From contig CANMWZ010000044.1 of NCBI GenBank assembly GCA_947501605.1, forward strand, positions 1 to 33,013: 33,013 nucleotides of DNA. The letters are read 5' to 3'. The notes under the pieces were generated by a model that saw only the letters and a list, made by a program, of their open reading frames with translations, did not search any database and was not told where the DNA came from. The translations under genes and the position numbers were made by a program. Position 1 is the first letter of the stretch. Every line of letters starts with the position of its first letter. This document shows, piece by piece, positions 18,252 to 27,776 of this stretch. This DNA comes from Planctomycetota bacterium. Lineage in GTDB: Bacteria; Planctomycetota; UBA1135; UBA2386.

Positions 18252-18993
18252 CGTCGGTGAGGCGCAGGAAGATCGCCTCCAGCGAGTCCTCGCCCCGTTG
18301 CGCGCGTAGCTCGGCCACCGTGCCTTCAGCCTTCAGCTGCCCTCGATCGAGGATGCCGACGCGGTGGCAGATCTGTTCCGCCGCTTCCAGGACATGCGTG
18401 CTGAACAGGATCGTCGTGCCGCGTTTCGACTCTTCCAGCATCAAGTCCTTGAGGGCGCGCGCACTTCGCGGATCGAGTCCGGTCGTCGGCTCGTCGAGCA
18501 GCAGCACGCGCGGCGCGGTGGTCAGGATCGCGGCGATGTGGATCTTCTTGCGAGTGCCGTGCGAGTAGCTGCGGCAGAGGTCCTCGGCGCCGTCATTCAG
18601 GTAGAGCTGATGCAAGAGGCGGTCGCAGCGTTCGTCACGCGTCTGGCGATCGACGCGCCACATGCTCGCGACCAAGGCGATGTACTGCCGCCCCGTGAGG
18701 TATTCGTAGAGTGGCGGTGTATCGGGCACGAGCCCGATGATCTGCTTCAACGCAGCCGGGTCGCTGCCGTACTCGCGCCCATCGATGCGAACGGTGCCCT
18801 CGCTCGGCCGCAGCATGCCTGCAAGCATGCGGATGCTCGTGGTCTTGCCAGCGCCGTTCGGGCCGAGGAAACCGTAGATCTCCCCGGGCGCGATCGCGAG
18901 ATCGAGGCCGCGCACTGCCCACTTGTTGGCGAAGTGGCGGCCGAGCCCGTTGGCTTCGATGGCGGCGCCGTGCCTCGATGGCTCGAGGGTCAT
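18193..18993 (-). CDS. ABC transporter ATP-binding protein (ABC-2 type)
   Basis: Start MTLEPS at 18993 in ATGA overlap with xth. Walker A GPNGAGKT, signature variant YSHGT, Walker B LLLDEP, H-loop STH. Confidence 0.92.
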   Translation of the reverse strand: MTLEPSRHGAAIEANGLGRHFANKWAVRGLDLAIAPGEIYGFLGPNGAGKTTSIRMLAGMLRPSEGTVRIDGREYGSDPAALKQIIGLVPDTPPLYEYLTGRQYIALVASMWRVDRQTRDERCDRLLHQLYLNDGAEDLCRSYSHGTRKKIHIAAILTTAPRVLLLDEPTTGLDPRSARALKDLMLEESKRGTTILFSTHVLEAAEQICHRVGILDRGQLKAEGTVAELRAQRGEDSLEAIFLRLTDGGGDAARPEMENGDGSAAR

Positions 18994-19760
18994 TCGGCGA
19001 ACACCGCGGTCACGGGAGCGTGGTCGCTGGGCGTCTTGCGCGCGCGCATGTCGGTGTGCACGACGACGTCGATGCAGGTTGCGGCCAGAGCCGGCGTGCC
19101 GAAGATGTAGTCGATCCGTAGCCCCTCGTCCTTCTTGCTCTGCCCCTGGCGGTAATCCCACCAAGTGTAGATCCCGGCATCCTGGTGATGCTTGCGCATC
19201 AGGTCTTCGAGTCCGAACGCGAGCACCGATCGCAGTGCGGTGCGCTCTTCGACCGAGCACAGGATCTTGTCGCGCCAGGCGTCGGGGTCATGCACGTCGC
19301 GATCATCCGTGGTGATGTTGAAGTCGCCGAGCAGAGCGAGCTTCTCACCGGTGGAGTACTTGGCGTCGAGGAAGGCACGGAGCCGCCGCAGCCAATCGAG
19401 CTTGTAGCGGTACTTGTCGCTGCCGACCTCTTGTCCGTTGGGCACATAGAGATCGAGGAGCATGAGGTCGCCGACGATGCAGCCGAGCGCGCGACGCTCG
19501 GCATCGGGAGGATCGTCGGGCAGGTTCTGCACCACGGCCTCGATCGGGTGACGCGACAGAATGGCGAGCCCGTTGTAGCTCTTCTGACCGAACACCTCGA
19601 GGTTGTAGCCCTCGTCCTCCAGCGGTTCGCGCGGGAACTGGTCGTCGACGACCTTGGTCTCTTGCAGGCAGAGGATGTCGGGGCGCTGCTCGCGCAGGAA
19701 GTCGATCACGTGCACAAGGCGCGCACGGATGCCGTTCACATTCCAGGTGGTGAGCTTCAT
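18990..19760 (-). CDS. xth: Exodeoxyribonuclease III (AP endonuclease)
   Basis: MKLTTWNVNGIRAR, LCLQETK, GDFNI, YTWWDYR, GLRIDY, SDHAPV. Confidence 0.95.
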   Translation of the reverse strand: MKLTTWNVNGIRARLVHVIDFLREQRPDILCLQETKVVDDQFPREPLEDEGYNLEVFGQKSYNGLAILSRHPIEAVVQNLPDDPPDAERRALGCIVGDLMLLDLYVPNGQEVGSDKYRYKLDWLRRLRAFLDAKYSTGEKLALLGDFNITTDDRDVHDPDAWRDKILCSVEERTALRSVLAFGLEDLMRKHHQDAGIYTWWDYRQGQSKKDEGLRIDYIFGTPALAATCIDVVVHTDMRARKTPSDHAPVTAVFAE

Positions 19761-19834
19761 CTCGGGGTCGAGCGGCGCGGCATCCTACGCCCACGGCGGC
19801 GCGAAGCACCTTCGCCGTGGCTGCAGTTCCGTTC

Positions 19835-22753
19835 CTATTGCGGCAGGCCCTGTTCGCGCAGTCGTTCCAGTGCTGCCGCGGCCTCGCGGGCGAAGGCCGG
19901 TTTCGACTGCTCCGCGGTGCGCTGTTGTGCCGTCGCGAGCGCATGCTCCCAGACCAGCTTGGCAAACAAAGCCGCGCCTTTGTCGGTGCCGAGGCAATGC
20001 GCAATCTTGGGTTCGATCTCAGCGAGGGTTACCAGCCCGTCGAGGTCGGACTGCCGTTCGATCGACTGCAGCTCACGAAGCAACTGCTCGGCGGCGGCGC
20101 GAGCCACTTTCGGCACCGCCTGCGTTGCCGTCGCCAGCGGATGCGCGTCGGCCATCACCGGCCTGTCATCGGTGAGCTGGAGCGCGACAAGGGCCACGGT
20201 GACGATCGCGGCGATGGCGACGCCGGCGAGGCGGTAGCGGCGGCGGCGCCTCGATTCTTGGCGAGTGCGCAGGCCGAAATCGCGGACCAGACCGGCGTGG
20301 CGGCGGCGCCAGTGGTCGAGCAGTCGGCTCAAGCGACCTGGGAGTTCGCCGCTCTGGCCCCAGCCCTTGCTGAACTCTTCGAGGTCGCGCAATGCTCGCT
20401 CGGCGATGCGAGTGCTGGCGCCGACGTCGAGCGTCTGGTCGAGTTCGGCTTCGGCCTGCTGCGACTGTTCTTGGACGAGGCGCAGTTCGACGTCGCGCAG
20501 GTCGCGTGCATGGAGCGCGCTGCGGTCTTTTTGCGTGTGCACCACCAGAAACTGCAGGCAGTCGCGCTGTTCGCGAAGGACCTGTTGGCGGTCGTGCGGC
20601 GTGCTCGACGGATCGTCTTGCATCGCGGCATAGCGCGATTGCAATTCGTGATTGCGCTTCTGTGCCTCCTCGATCTCCTGCTTGCGGCGGCGCGCTTCGA
20701 CGAGGCGCTTCTTCAAGTGCGCGGCCTGCCGGTCGTGCAAGTCGTCGCTGGTCTCGATGTGCTGCGCTGCGCGTTCCATATCGAACAGGCCCGTAGTCCA
20801 ATGGCCCTTGGCGAGCGCTTGTTCGGCACCGCGCGCGAGGCGGTCGCGCGTTGCTTGCGCTTGTTCGATGCGAAGGCGGAGCGACTCGATGCGATCCAGC
20901 AAGGCGCTGCGCGAGCGCTGCGGGCGATCGATGATGGCCTCGAAGGCGCGAAACGTGTCCAGGCGTCCGAGCAGCAACTGCAGCGGCCGAACAGGAACCG
21001 GCTCTTTCTGCAGCGTCTCGTTGGCTTCGGTGAGGAGGTGCCATGCCTCGTCCGTGACTTTGCCCAGCATGCGATCGAGACTGTCGAGTCCCGGCGCGAC
21101 GCGCCCGCGCATTGCCGGGAACTCCTCGTTGAGGTTGCCGAGTGCAAGGTGCAGGCTGCGCAGGCCGAGTGAGCGTGCGCCGCTGCGTTCACCAGCGACG
21201 GTGTGCGCTACCGCCTCGGCGCACGCATGGACGAACGCGAGCAGTGCGACCGGGTCTTCGTCGGGCACCAGATCCTTCAGCCGCTCGATGTTGGCACGCG
21301 CCCCTGCCACTCGCTCGAGGTAGAAGGCAAGGCGATGCAGTCGGTCGCGATGCCGGGCGACGGCTTCGGCCGTGCCGCCGAAGTTCGCACCGATGCGCTC
21401 GACGACGGCGGCGGCATCGTCGAGCGCGAGCGCTTCTTCAGCCGCGTGCAGCGTGTCGAGTAGCTGACGATGTTCGGTCTCAGACGCGACCAGGCGTTGG
21501 GCTTCCTGCTGCAGGCAGGTGCGGGGCGAGCGCTGCAGCAGCGATGGCATGGTCGCAGGCGTGGTATCGATGCGGCCCAGTGGCCCTGGCAACGCGCTGC
21601 AGAGGTCGACGAGTCGGTGCAGCGTCTGCAGCAGTTCATGAGCGCGCGCGAACTGCTCCTTGCGAGCGAGTTCGGAGACGGTCGGTAGTGCCTCGGCGAT
21701 GCAAGGAAGCGCCTTCTGCTTGCCGCGGTGAAGGGCGGCGATGACGGCGCTGTGGCGGGGAAATCGCCGCGCCGTCGCCATGGCAATCGCCAGCGAAGCG
21801 GCGAACTGTTCTGGAGTGGTGGCGGCGATCGTGGGGCTGGCGGCGAAGACCTCGGGTCTTCGCGCCAGCAGTTGTTGCCGCCGGCGCAGGGCCCTCGAGA
21901 TCGGCAAACGGTCGCTCGCAAGCGTCATCGAGCTGGCTGCCGCCAACGTGCGCTCGCAAACCGCGAGGTCGCCGCTCAGCAGCGCGTCGCGCGCTGGCTC
22001 CAGCGGGTCATGTTGAAGTCGCTGGCCGATCTCGGTGAGCGCTTCCACGACGGTCGCTGCTGACGGACGCGCCGTCGGCGAGGGGGACAGGCACGATTCG
22101 ATCAACAGTTGGAGTTCGGGGTCGTGGATCTCGATCGCCGATGGTTGCGCTAGCGGACCACAAAGCAGCCAGCGGAGAGTGGCGCCGATGCCATAGACAT
22201 CGAACGCAGGCGTCAGTGGCGCCGCGACCAGCGCCTCGGGGCCGGCGAACCCCGCGGTGCCAGCGCAGGCGCCCTGCATCGTTGGGCCAGCATGTTCGAA
22301 GTCGAGCAGCAGCGTCGTCGTCGCGGTCGCCAGCAGATTGGCCGGCTTGATGTCGCCGTGGCACATGCCGTGCGGAATGTCGAGTGCGCGCAGGGCGTGC
22401 ATCGCCATCAGCGTTCGCGCCACCGGCACTAGCAGCGCACAGGCGGCGGCGCCCGTCTGCGCCCCACGCTCGCCGACGAGTTGGTCGAGGCTCGTGCCTT
22501 GCTCATAGCGCGTGGCGACGAATGGCCGACTCGTCGCCGCGTGCATGCCCGAAAACAGGTACTCGACGACGTCGAGTCCGCGCAGGCGGCGGCCGAGCAG
22601 AAACTCGCGCTCGGCATCGGTCGGACTGCCGCGCAACCACAGCTTGTGGACCTCCAGTCCGCCCGACGCCGGATGCCGATGCAGCAGCAGGGTCCGTTCG
22701 AGGCTGCATTGCAGCAGTTGTTCGGTGCCAGTTTCCGGGCCGGGCAGGGACAT
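19835..22753 (-). CDS. Atypical Ser/Thr kinase-domain protein with long alpha-helical region and C-terminal TM
   Basis: HGDIKPANLL, LLDFE, GTAGFAGPE, DVYGIGA, RPSA in the N-terminal ~250 aa; coiled-coil-like middle; RRRRRYR followed by TM LAGVAIAAIVTVALVALQL. Confidence 0.8.
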   Translation of the reverse strand: MSLPGPETGTEQLLQCSLERTLLLHRHPASGGLEVHKLWLRGSPTDAEREFLLGRRLRGLDVVEYLFSGMHAATSRPFVATRYEQGTSLDQLVGERGAQTGAAACALLVPVARTLMAMHALRALDIPHGMCHGDIKPANLLATATTTLLLDFEHAGPTMQGACAGTAGFAGPEALVAAPLTPAFDVYGIGATLRWLLCGPLAQPSAIEIHDPELQLLIESCLSPSPTARPSAATVVEALTEIGQRLQHDPLEPARDALLSGDLAVCERTLAAASSMTLASDRLPISRALRRRQQLLARRPEVFAASPTIAATTPEQFAASLAIAMATARRFPRHSAVIAALHRGKQKALPCIAEALPTVSELARKEQFARAHELLQTLHRLVDLCSALPGPLGRIDTTPATMPSLLQRSPRTCLQQEAQRLVASETEHRQLLDTLHAAEEALALDDAAAVVERIGANFGGTAEAVARHRDRLHRLAFYLERVAGARANIERLKDLVPDEDPVALLAFVHACAEAVAHTVAGERSGARSLGLRSLHLALGNLNEEFPAMRGRVAPGLDSLDRMLGKVTDEAWHLLTEANETLQKEPVPVRPLQLLLGRLDTFRAFEAIIDRPQRSRSALLDRIESLRLRIEQAQATRDRLARGAEQALAKGHWTTGLFDMERAAQHIETSDDLHDRQAAHLKKRLVEARRRKQEIEEAQKRNHELQSRYAAMQDDPSSTPHDRQQVLREQRDCLQFLVVHTQKDRSALHARDLRDVELRLVQEQSQQAEAELDQTLDVGASTRIAERALRDLEEFSKGWGQSGELPGRLSRLLDHWRRRHAGLVRDFGLRTRQESRRRRRYRLAGVAIAAIVTVALVALQLTDDRPVMADAHPLATATQAVPKVARAAAEQLLRELQSIERQSDLDGLVTLAEIEPKIAHCLGTDKGAALFAKLVWEHALATAQQRTAEQSKPAFAREAAAALERLREQGLPQ

Positions 22754-22947
22754 AGTGGCGAAGTGCGGTTCGGTGCGGCGCAGGTCGGCGAGCCGGCCGC
22801 AAGGCTTGGCTGTCGCTGGCTGCTCGGCCTAGCTTGCAGGGTGCCGCACTCTACCAACCTTCGGCTCAGTCGGGACTTGGGACCATCAGTGGCGGGATCC
22901 CGACAGGGAGCTCCACAAGTCTGCCAACGTCGACGATAATCCGACGC

Positions 22948-24804
22948 ATGCCAATCCTGCTCGAAATCACCGATCGCACCGGCTTCCGCGAAATGCAGAT
23001 CGTGGCCGAGGCCTTCTGGTTGGGCGGCCCGAAGTCCGGCTGCGAGGTTCTGCTCGATGTGCCGGATGTCCATGGCCGCGTGCTCGAGGTCGCCGTCGAC
23101 GCTCAGGGCCGCCTTCGGGTGCGAGCCGAACCAGGCCTACCGTTCCCAGTTCGTTGTGCGACCGGCTCGGTGGGAGCGCGGTTCGAGCACTTCCTCGACG
23201 GCGACGTGCTCAATGTCGGTCCCGCCTTGGTGAAGCTGCGCTTTCAGTCCGAGGCTGGCGAAGGCACCGCGCAGGAACTCGATCCGGCGACGCTGGCGCT
23301 GGTGCCGGGTTCGCCGGTCGGGGCGTGGTACCAGACCTTCATGGACATGGCCGATCATCTCGAAGGCCTCGAGGCCGCGGATCGCATGGTGGCGGCGGCC
23401 ATGGCGGCGATCGTGCGTGCAACCGGCGCCGATCGCGTGCACGTCGTCCTCGACAGTGATGCGGACGGCACCGGCGATTCGTTCTACTTGAGTCGGCCGG
23501 ACGGCGGCCGCGCCTTTCGCGTGAGCCGCTCGGTCGTCAACCAGGTGCGCGAGACCGGGCGAGTGGTGCACGTGCCGCTCGCCGCCGCCGACCCAGTGGT
23601 GCGCAAGTACCAGAGCGTGCGCAGTGAGGGCATCAGCGCCGCGGTTGCACTGCCGGTGCAGGCATTGGGCAAGGTGCTGGGGGTGATGTACGCCGATTGC
23701 GTGCGCGACGGCGCCGTGCTCACCGCCGAGGACCTGCAGCGCGTGGCGTTCGTGAGCCGAATGCTGGCGTCGTCGTTGGGCAATCGTGTGCTGGTCAAGC
23801 ACTTGCTCGATCACGACCACCAGTCCGCGGCGCTGCACACAGCGCTCGTGTCGCACAGCCCGTCGTGCAGCGACATGGTGCAGCGCGTGAAGCTCTACGC
23901 GCCGGCTGACTACACTGTGTTGCTGCGCGGCGAGACGGGCACCGGCAAAGAAGTGGTCGCCCGCGCGCTCCACGACCTATCGCGCCGCAGCAAGGGCCCG
24001 TTCGTCCCGGTCAACTGTGCCGCCATCCCAGAACAACTGATGGAGAGCATGCTGTTTGGTCACGAGAAGGGCTCGTTCACCGGCGCGGCCCACACGCGTC
24101 GCGGGCACTTCGAAGAAGCACACGGTGGCACCATCCTGCTCGACGAGATCGGCGACATGGCCCTGGAGCTGCAAGCGAAGATCCTGCGCGTGCTGCAGGA
24201 TCGCGTGGTGCAGCCGATCGGTGGTCGACGACAGATCAAGATCGACGTGCGCATCCTTGCCGCGACGCACCAGGACCTGGAGCAGATGGTGCGCGCTGGG
24301 CGTTTCCGCGAGGACCTGTACTACCGACTGCGCGAGTTGGAGATCCTGCTGCCGCCACTGCGCGAGCGCATGGAGGATCTGGAGATGCTGAGCGGGCGCT
24401 TCCTCGCCGAAGCGGCAGAAGAACTCGGTCTCGGACACTTGCAGACGATGCATCCAGACGCCTTCGTGCGCCTGCGGCGGCATCCGTTCCGCGGCAACAT
24501 CCGCGAACTGCGCCACGTGCTGAAAGGCGCCGCCTTGCGCGCGGCAGGCGGCACGATCCTGGCGTCGCACTTGGATCTCGATCGACCGGAGTTGCGCGCG
24601 TCAGCCGTTGGCGTCGACATGGTCGCCGACGCGGGCACCGCGGGGCTGACCTGGAAAGAGCGACTGGAGGCGCAGGAGAAGCAGGCGCTGCAGCGCACGA
24701 TGGAGGCTGCGGGCGGCAATCTGACGAAAGCGGCGGAGATGTTCGGCGTGCCGCGGACGACGTACCGGGAGAAGTTGGTGCGGCACGGACTGCTCACGGA
24801 CTGA
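22948..24804 (+). CDS. Sigma54-dependent Fis-family activator (bEBP) with FHA-like and GAF domains
   Basis: ATG 22948. Walker A GETGTGKE, GSFTGA loop, Walker B LLDEIG, FREDLYYRL, GNIREL, HTH GNLTKAAEMFGVPRTT. GAF motif SAAVALP..GKVLGVMYAD. Confidence 0.92.
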   Translation: MPILLEITDRTGFREMQIVAEAFWLGGPKSGCEVLLDVPDVHGRVLEVAVDAQGRLRVRAEPGLPFPVRCATGSVGARFEHFLDGDVLNVGPALVKLRFQSEAGEGTAQELDPATLALVPGSPVGAWYQTFMDMADHLEGLEAADRMVAAAMAAIVRATGADRVHVVLDSDADGTGDSFYLSRPDGGRAFRVSRSVVNQVRETGRVVHVPLAAADPVVRKYQSVRSEGISAAVALPVQALGKVLGVMYADCVRDGAVLTAEDLQRVAFVSRMLASSLGNRVLVKHLLDHDHQSAALHTALVSHSPSCSDMVQRVKLYAPADYTVLLRGETGTGKEVVARALHDLSRRSKGPFVPVNCAAIPEQLMESMLFGHEKGSFTGAAHTRRGHFEEAHGGTILLDEIGDMALELQAKILRVLQDRVVQPIGGRRQIKIDVRILAATHQDLEQMVRAGRFREDLYYRLRELEILLPPLRERMEDLEMLSGRFLAEAAEELGLGHLQTMHPDAFVRLRRHPFRGNIRELRHVLKGAALRAAGGTILASHLDLDRPELRASAVGVDMVADAGTAGLTWKERLEAQEKQALQRTMEAAGGNLTKAAEMFGVPRTTYREKLVRHGLLTD

Positions 24805-24811
24805 CCGATAC

Positions 24812-25240
24812 TCAGTTGGGCTGAGCCAACCTGCGGACCTGTTCGGGCACCGCGACCGGCCGTCCCGTAGTCGGAGCCAAGAACACCAATCCCGTTTTCG
24901 CCTCCGCGATCAGCGCGCCGTCGGCCACGCGCGACACCCGATAGCCGAGGTCACACGAAACGCGCGCGACGTCGAACACTCCGACCTCAAAACGCAGCCG
25001 ATCTCCCGCAAACGCTTCCCTGCGATAGGCGATGGCGACGTCGGCGAGGATCAGCCGGGTTCCCGCGGCATCCGCCTCGCTCAGTCCGTGCTGGCGGAAG
25101 AACCGCCACCGGGCCTCGTGGAGCAAGCTCAGCAGCGCGTCGTTGCCCAGGTGGGCGCCATAGTTCATGTCGGTCACGCGAACGTCGATCTCGGTGACGA
25201 ACGGCAGCGACTCGGGAAGTTGGAGGACGATACGGGCCAC
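24812..25240 (-). CDS. Thioesterase family protein (hotdog fold)
   Basis: GTG 25240 gives MARIVLQLPE; motif VRVTDMNYGAHLGND.LL.LLHEAR. Confidence 0.88.
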   Translation of the reverse strand: MARIVLQLPESLPFVTEIDVRVTDMNYGAHLGNDALLSLLHEARWRFFRQHGLSEADAAGTRLILADVAIAYRREAFAGDRLRFEVGVFDVARVSCDLGYRVSRVADGALIAEAKTGLVFLAPTTGRPVAVPEQVRRLAQPN

Positions 25241-25312
25241 GCGCAAACCGTAAGCTCAGCCCTTCTTGCTTTGCATCGACATGCGGCTGTTCGTCGGTAG
25301 CATGCGCGGCTC

Positions 25313-26227
25313 ATGACCCCTCGCGCACCGGCCACACTGATGGTCGTCGGCGACGTGCACCGTTTCTGGCGCGCGTTCGACGCCGACTTCCTCGCGCGCG
25401 AGCGGCCGGCGCTGACGATGTTTGTCGGCGACCTCGGGGACGAGGATGTCGAGATCACCAAGACGCTCGCCGCGTTGACGCTGCCCAAGGTGGTCATGCT
25501 CGGCAACCACGACGCTTGGCAGAGCTTTCAGAAGCGGACGGCGACGCCCAAGCTGCGCGAGATCCTGGCGGTACTCGGAACCGACCACCTTGCCTACGAG
25601 GTGCGCGAAGTGCCTGAGGCCGGCGTGTCGGTCATCGGTGCGCGGCCGTTCTCGTGGGGTGGGCCGAGCTTGCGGAGTCCGGAGCTCTACCAAGAACTCT
25701 ATGGCGTCCACACGCATCGGTCGTCGGCGGCAAAGATCGTCGAGGCCGCGCGACGAGCCCAGCATCGCGACCTGATCATCCTCGCGCACAACGGTCCGCT
25801 CGGGTTGTCGCAGGACGCGCACGACATCTACGGCAAAGACTTCGGCAAGCCCGGTGGCGACTGGGGCGATCGCGATCTCGCCCTCGCCCTGCAGCGCATC
25901 GAGGACCTTGGCATGCGCGTGCAGATGGTCATCGCCGGCCACATGCACAACTCGCTCGTGCAGCCGCGCGGCGAGCAGCGGGTTCGCTTCTGTCGCCTCC
26001 ACGACACCATGTACATCAACCCCGCCGTCGTACCGCGTGTTCGCGAGGGGCAACTTGGTTCGGAGTCGTACTTCGTTCGCACGCGTTGGCTAGACGGCAA
26101 GTGCCTCGAGGTCGAGGAGGTCTGGGCCGACGTGCGTGGTCTTGCGCGCTACGCCAAGCCGGCGCCATTCCTGGAACTCGGTCACGACCGCGAGCCGTTT
26201 GCCGAGGAAGAAGAGAGCGACGAGTGA
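25313..26227 (+). CDS. Calcineurin-like metallophosphoesterase, TIGR04168-like
   Basis: GDVH, VGDLG.E, GNHD, AHNGP.GL, GGDWGD.DL, GHMH metal-binding motifs. Confidence 0.85.
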   Translation: MTPRAPATLMVVGDVHRFWRAFDADFLARERPALTMFVGDLGDEDVEITKTLAALTLPKVVMLGNHDAWQSFQKRTATPKLREILAVLGTDHLAYEVREVPEAGVSVIGARPFSWGGPSLRSPELYQELYGVHTHRSSAAKIVEAARRAQHRDLIILAHNGPLGLSQDAHDIYGKDFGKPGGDWGDRDLALALQRIEDLGMRVQMVIAGHMHNSLVQPRGEQRVRFCRLHDTMYINPAVVPRVREGQLGSESYFVRTRWLDGKCLEVEEVWADVRGLARYAKPAPFLELGHDREPFAEEEESDE

Positions 26228-27405
26228 ACGCTTCGGAGTCGGCGGACGTGGTGGTCATCGGCGGCGGCATCATCGGCTGTTCGGTGGCGCTGCACCTTGC
26301 GCGTGCGATGCCGACGTCGCGCGTGATCGTGCTCGATCGCGGTTCGATCGCCGGGGCCACGTCGAGCAGCTGCATGGGCCATCTGATGGTCACTCCAGAC
26401 TCAGCCGCGGAGTTCGCGCTGTCCCATCGCAGCGTCAAGCTCTGGGGCGAGCTGAACGAGCAGATCGGCGGGTTTGACTACAACCCTACTGGTGCGCTCT
26501 ATCTGGCAGACACCGCCGAGGATCTCGCATTGCTGCCTGTACTGCAGAAGCAGTTTGCCGATTGCGGCGATCGGGCGCAGGTGCTCGATCCAAAGCAACT
26601 GCGCGCAATGGAGCCAGGGTTGGCTCACGATCTCCCCGGGGCGTTGTTCTACCGCGGTGATGGCGTCGTGTTGCCGATGACTGCGTGCAGTGCGATGTTG
26701 CGCCTCGGCCAGCGTCACAATGCACGGCTGCAAGCGCGCCCCGGCACGACCGTGACGGGCTTTGACTACCACGGCGGCAAGGTGACCGCGGTCAAGACGA
26801 CGAATGGCACGATCGCGACCGGCAACGCCGTCATCGCGTGCGGGGTGTGGACGCCTGCTGTCGCCAAGCTCGCGGGGTTGCCCGATCTGCCAATCGTGCC
26901 GCGTGCCGGCAACTTGGCGATCACCGCGCACCATGCGACCCCGATCCGCACCCAGCTGCTCGAAGTGTCCTACATTCGCTTTGCGCACGGCACGGCGCAG
27001 GCCGATCCGCGCAAGACCAACGCGGACACCGGTGGCCACGCGGTCAACATGCAGCCGCAGAGTCTCGGCGGCTGCCTGATCGGTTCGACGCGGCAGTTCC
27101 GAGGCATGGACACGACGATCAATCGCGAACTGCTGCATCGCTCGCTACAGCGCGCCATCCGCTATGCACCATCGCTTGCCGATCTGCCGATCGTGCGCAC
27201 CTGGGTCGGGCTGAGGCCGTACTCGATCGACAAACACCCGCTGATCGGGCCGTGGCCGGGGACGCAGGGGCTGTGGATCGCGAGTGGCCACGAAGGGCTC
27301 GGCATCAGCCTGTCGATGATCACTGGCGAGTTGCTGACGCAGCAAATGACCGGGCAACAGTGTTCGGTCGATCCGACGCCGTATCTGCCGGGGAGGTGCG
27401 CGTGA
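26224..27405 (+). CDS. FAD-dependent oxidoreductase, DAO family (D-hydroxyproline dehydrogenase beta subunit/HcnC-like)
   Basis: GTGA overlap; GGGIIG dinucleotide-binding motif; GAT...MGHL, N.QP...G..LIGSTRQF, W.GLRP, GHEGLG. Confidence 0.88.
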   Translation: MNASESADVVVIGGGIIGCSVALHLARAMPTSRVIVLDRGSIAGATSSSCMGHLMVTPDSAAEFALSHRSVKLWGELNEQIGGFDYNPTGALYLADTAEDLALLPVLQKQFADCGDRAQVLDPKQLRAMEPGLAHDLPGALFYRGDGVVLPMTACSAMLRLGQRHNARLQARPGTTVTGFDYHGGKVTAVKTTNGTIATGNAVIACGVWTPAVAKLAGLPDLPIVPRAGNLAITAHHATPIRTQLLEVSYIRFAHGTAQADPRKTNADTGGHAVNMQPQSLGGCLIGSTRQFRGMDTTINRELLHRSLQRAIRYAPSLADLPIVRTWVGLRPYSIDKHPLIGPWPGTQGLWIASGHEGLGISLSMITGELLTQQMTGQQCSVDPTPYLPGRCA

Positions 27406-27776
27406 CCGGCGATTCGAAGCCCGGGGGCCGAAGGCACGGCCATGCAGAAGGCCTTGACTCCAGAATGGGCGGCGTCGACCGCGGCGCTGCCGTGACGTTC
27501 ACGTTCGAAGGCAAGCCCGTCGCCGCGCACGAAGGCGAGAGCCTGGCGATGGCGCTGTGGAGCAGCGGCGTTCAGACTCTGCGCAACAGCAGTCGCGACG
27601 GCGCTCCGCGCGCGATCCTGTGCAACATGGGCATCTGCTACGAGTGCATCGTGCGCATCGACGGACGGCCCGTTCGCGCCTGCATGACCGAAGCAAAGGC
27701 CGGCATGGTGGTCCTACTGGGCGGCAGCGAGCCCGGTGGATGGAAGCCGATGGACACCATGGTGGGGGACTCGTGA
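27402..27776 (+). CDS. 2Fe-2S-binding subunit (HcnA/sarcosine oxidase alpha N-terminal-like)
   Basis: GTGA overlap; GESLA.AL, CNMGICYEC...RAC four-Cys motif. Confidence 0.88.
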   Translation: MTGDSKPGGRRHGHAEGLDSRMGGVDRGAAVTFTFEGKPVAAHEGESLAMALWSSGVQTLRNSSRDGAPRAILCNMGICYECIVRIDGRPVRACMTEAKAGMVVLLGGSEPGGWKPMDTMVGDS

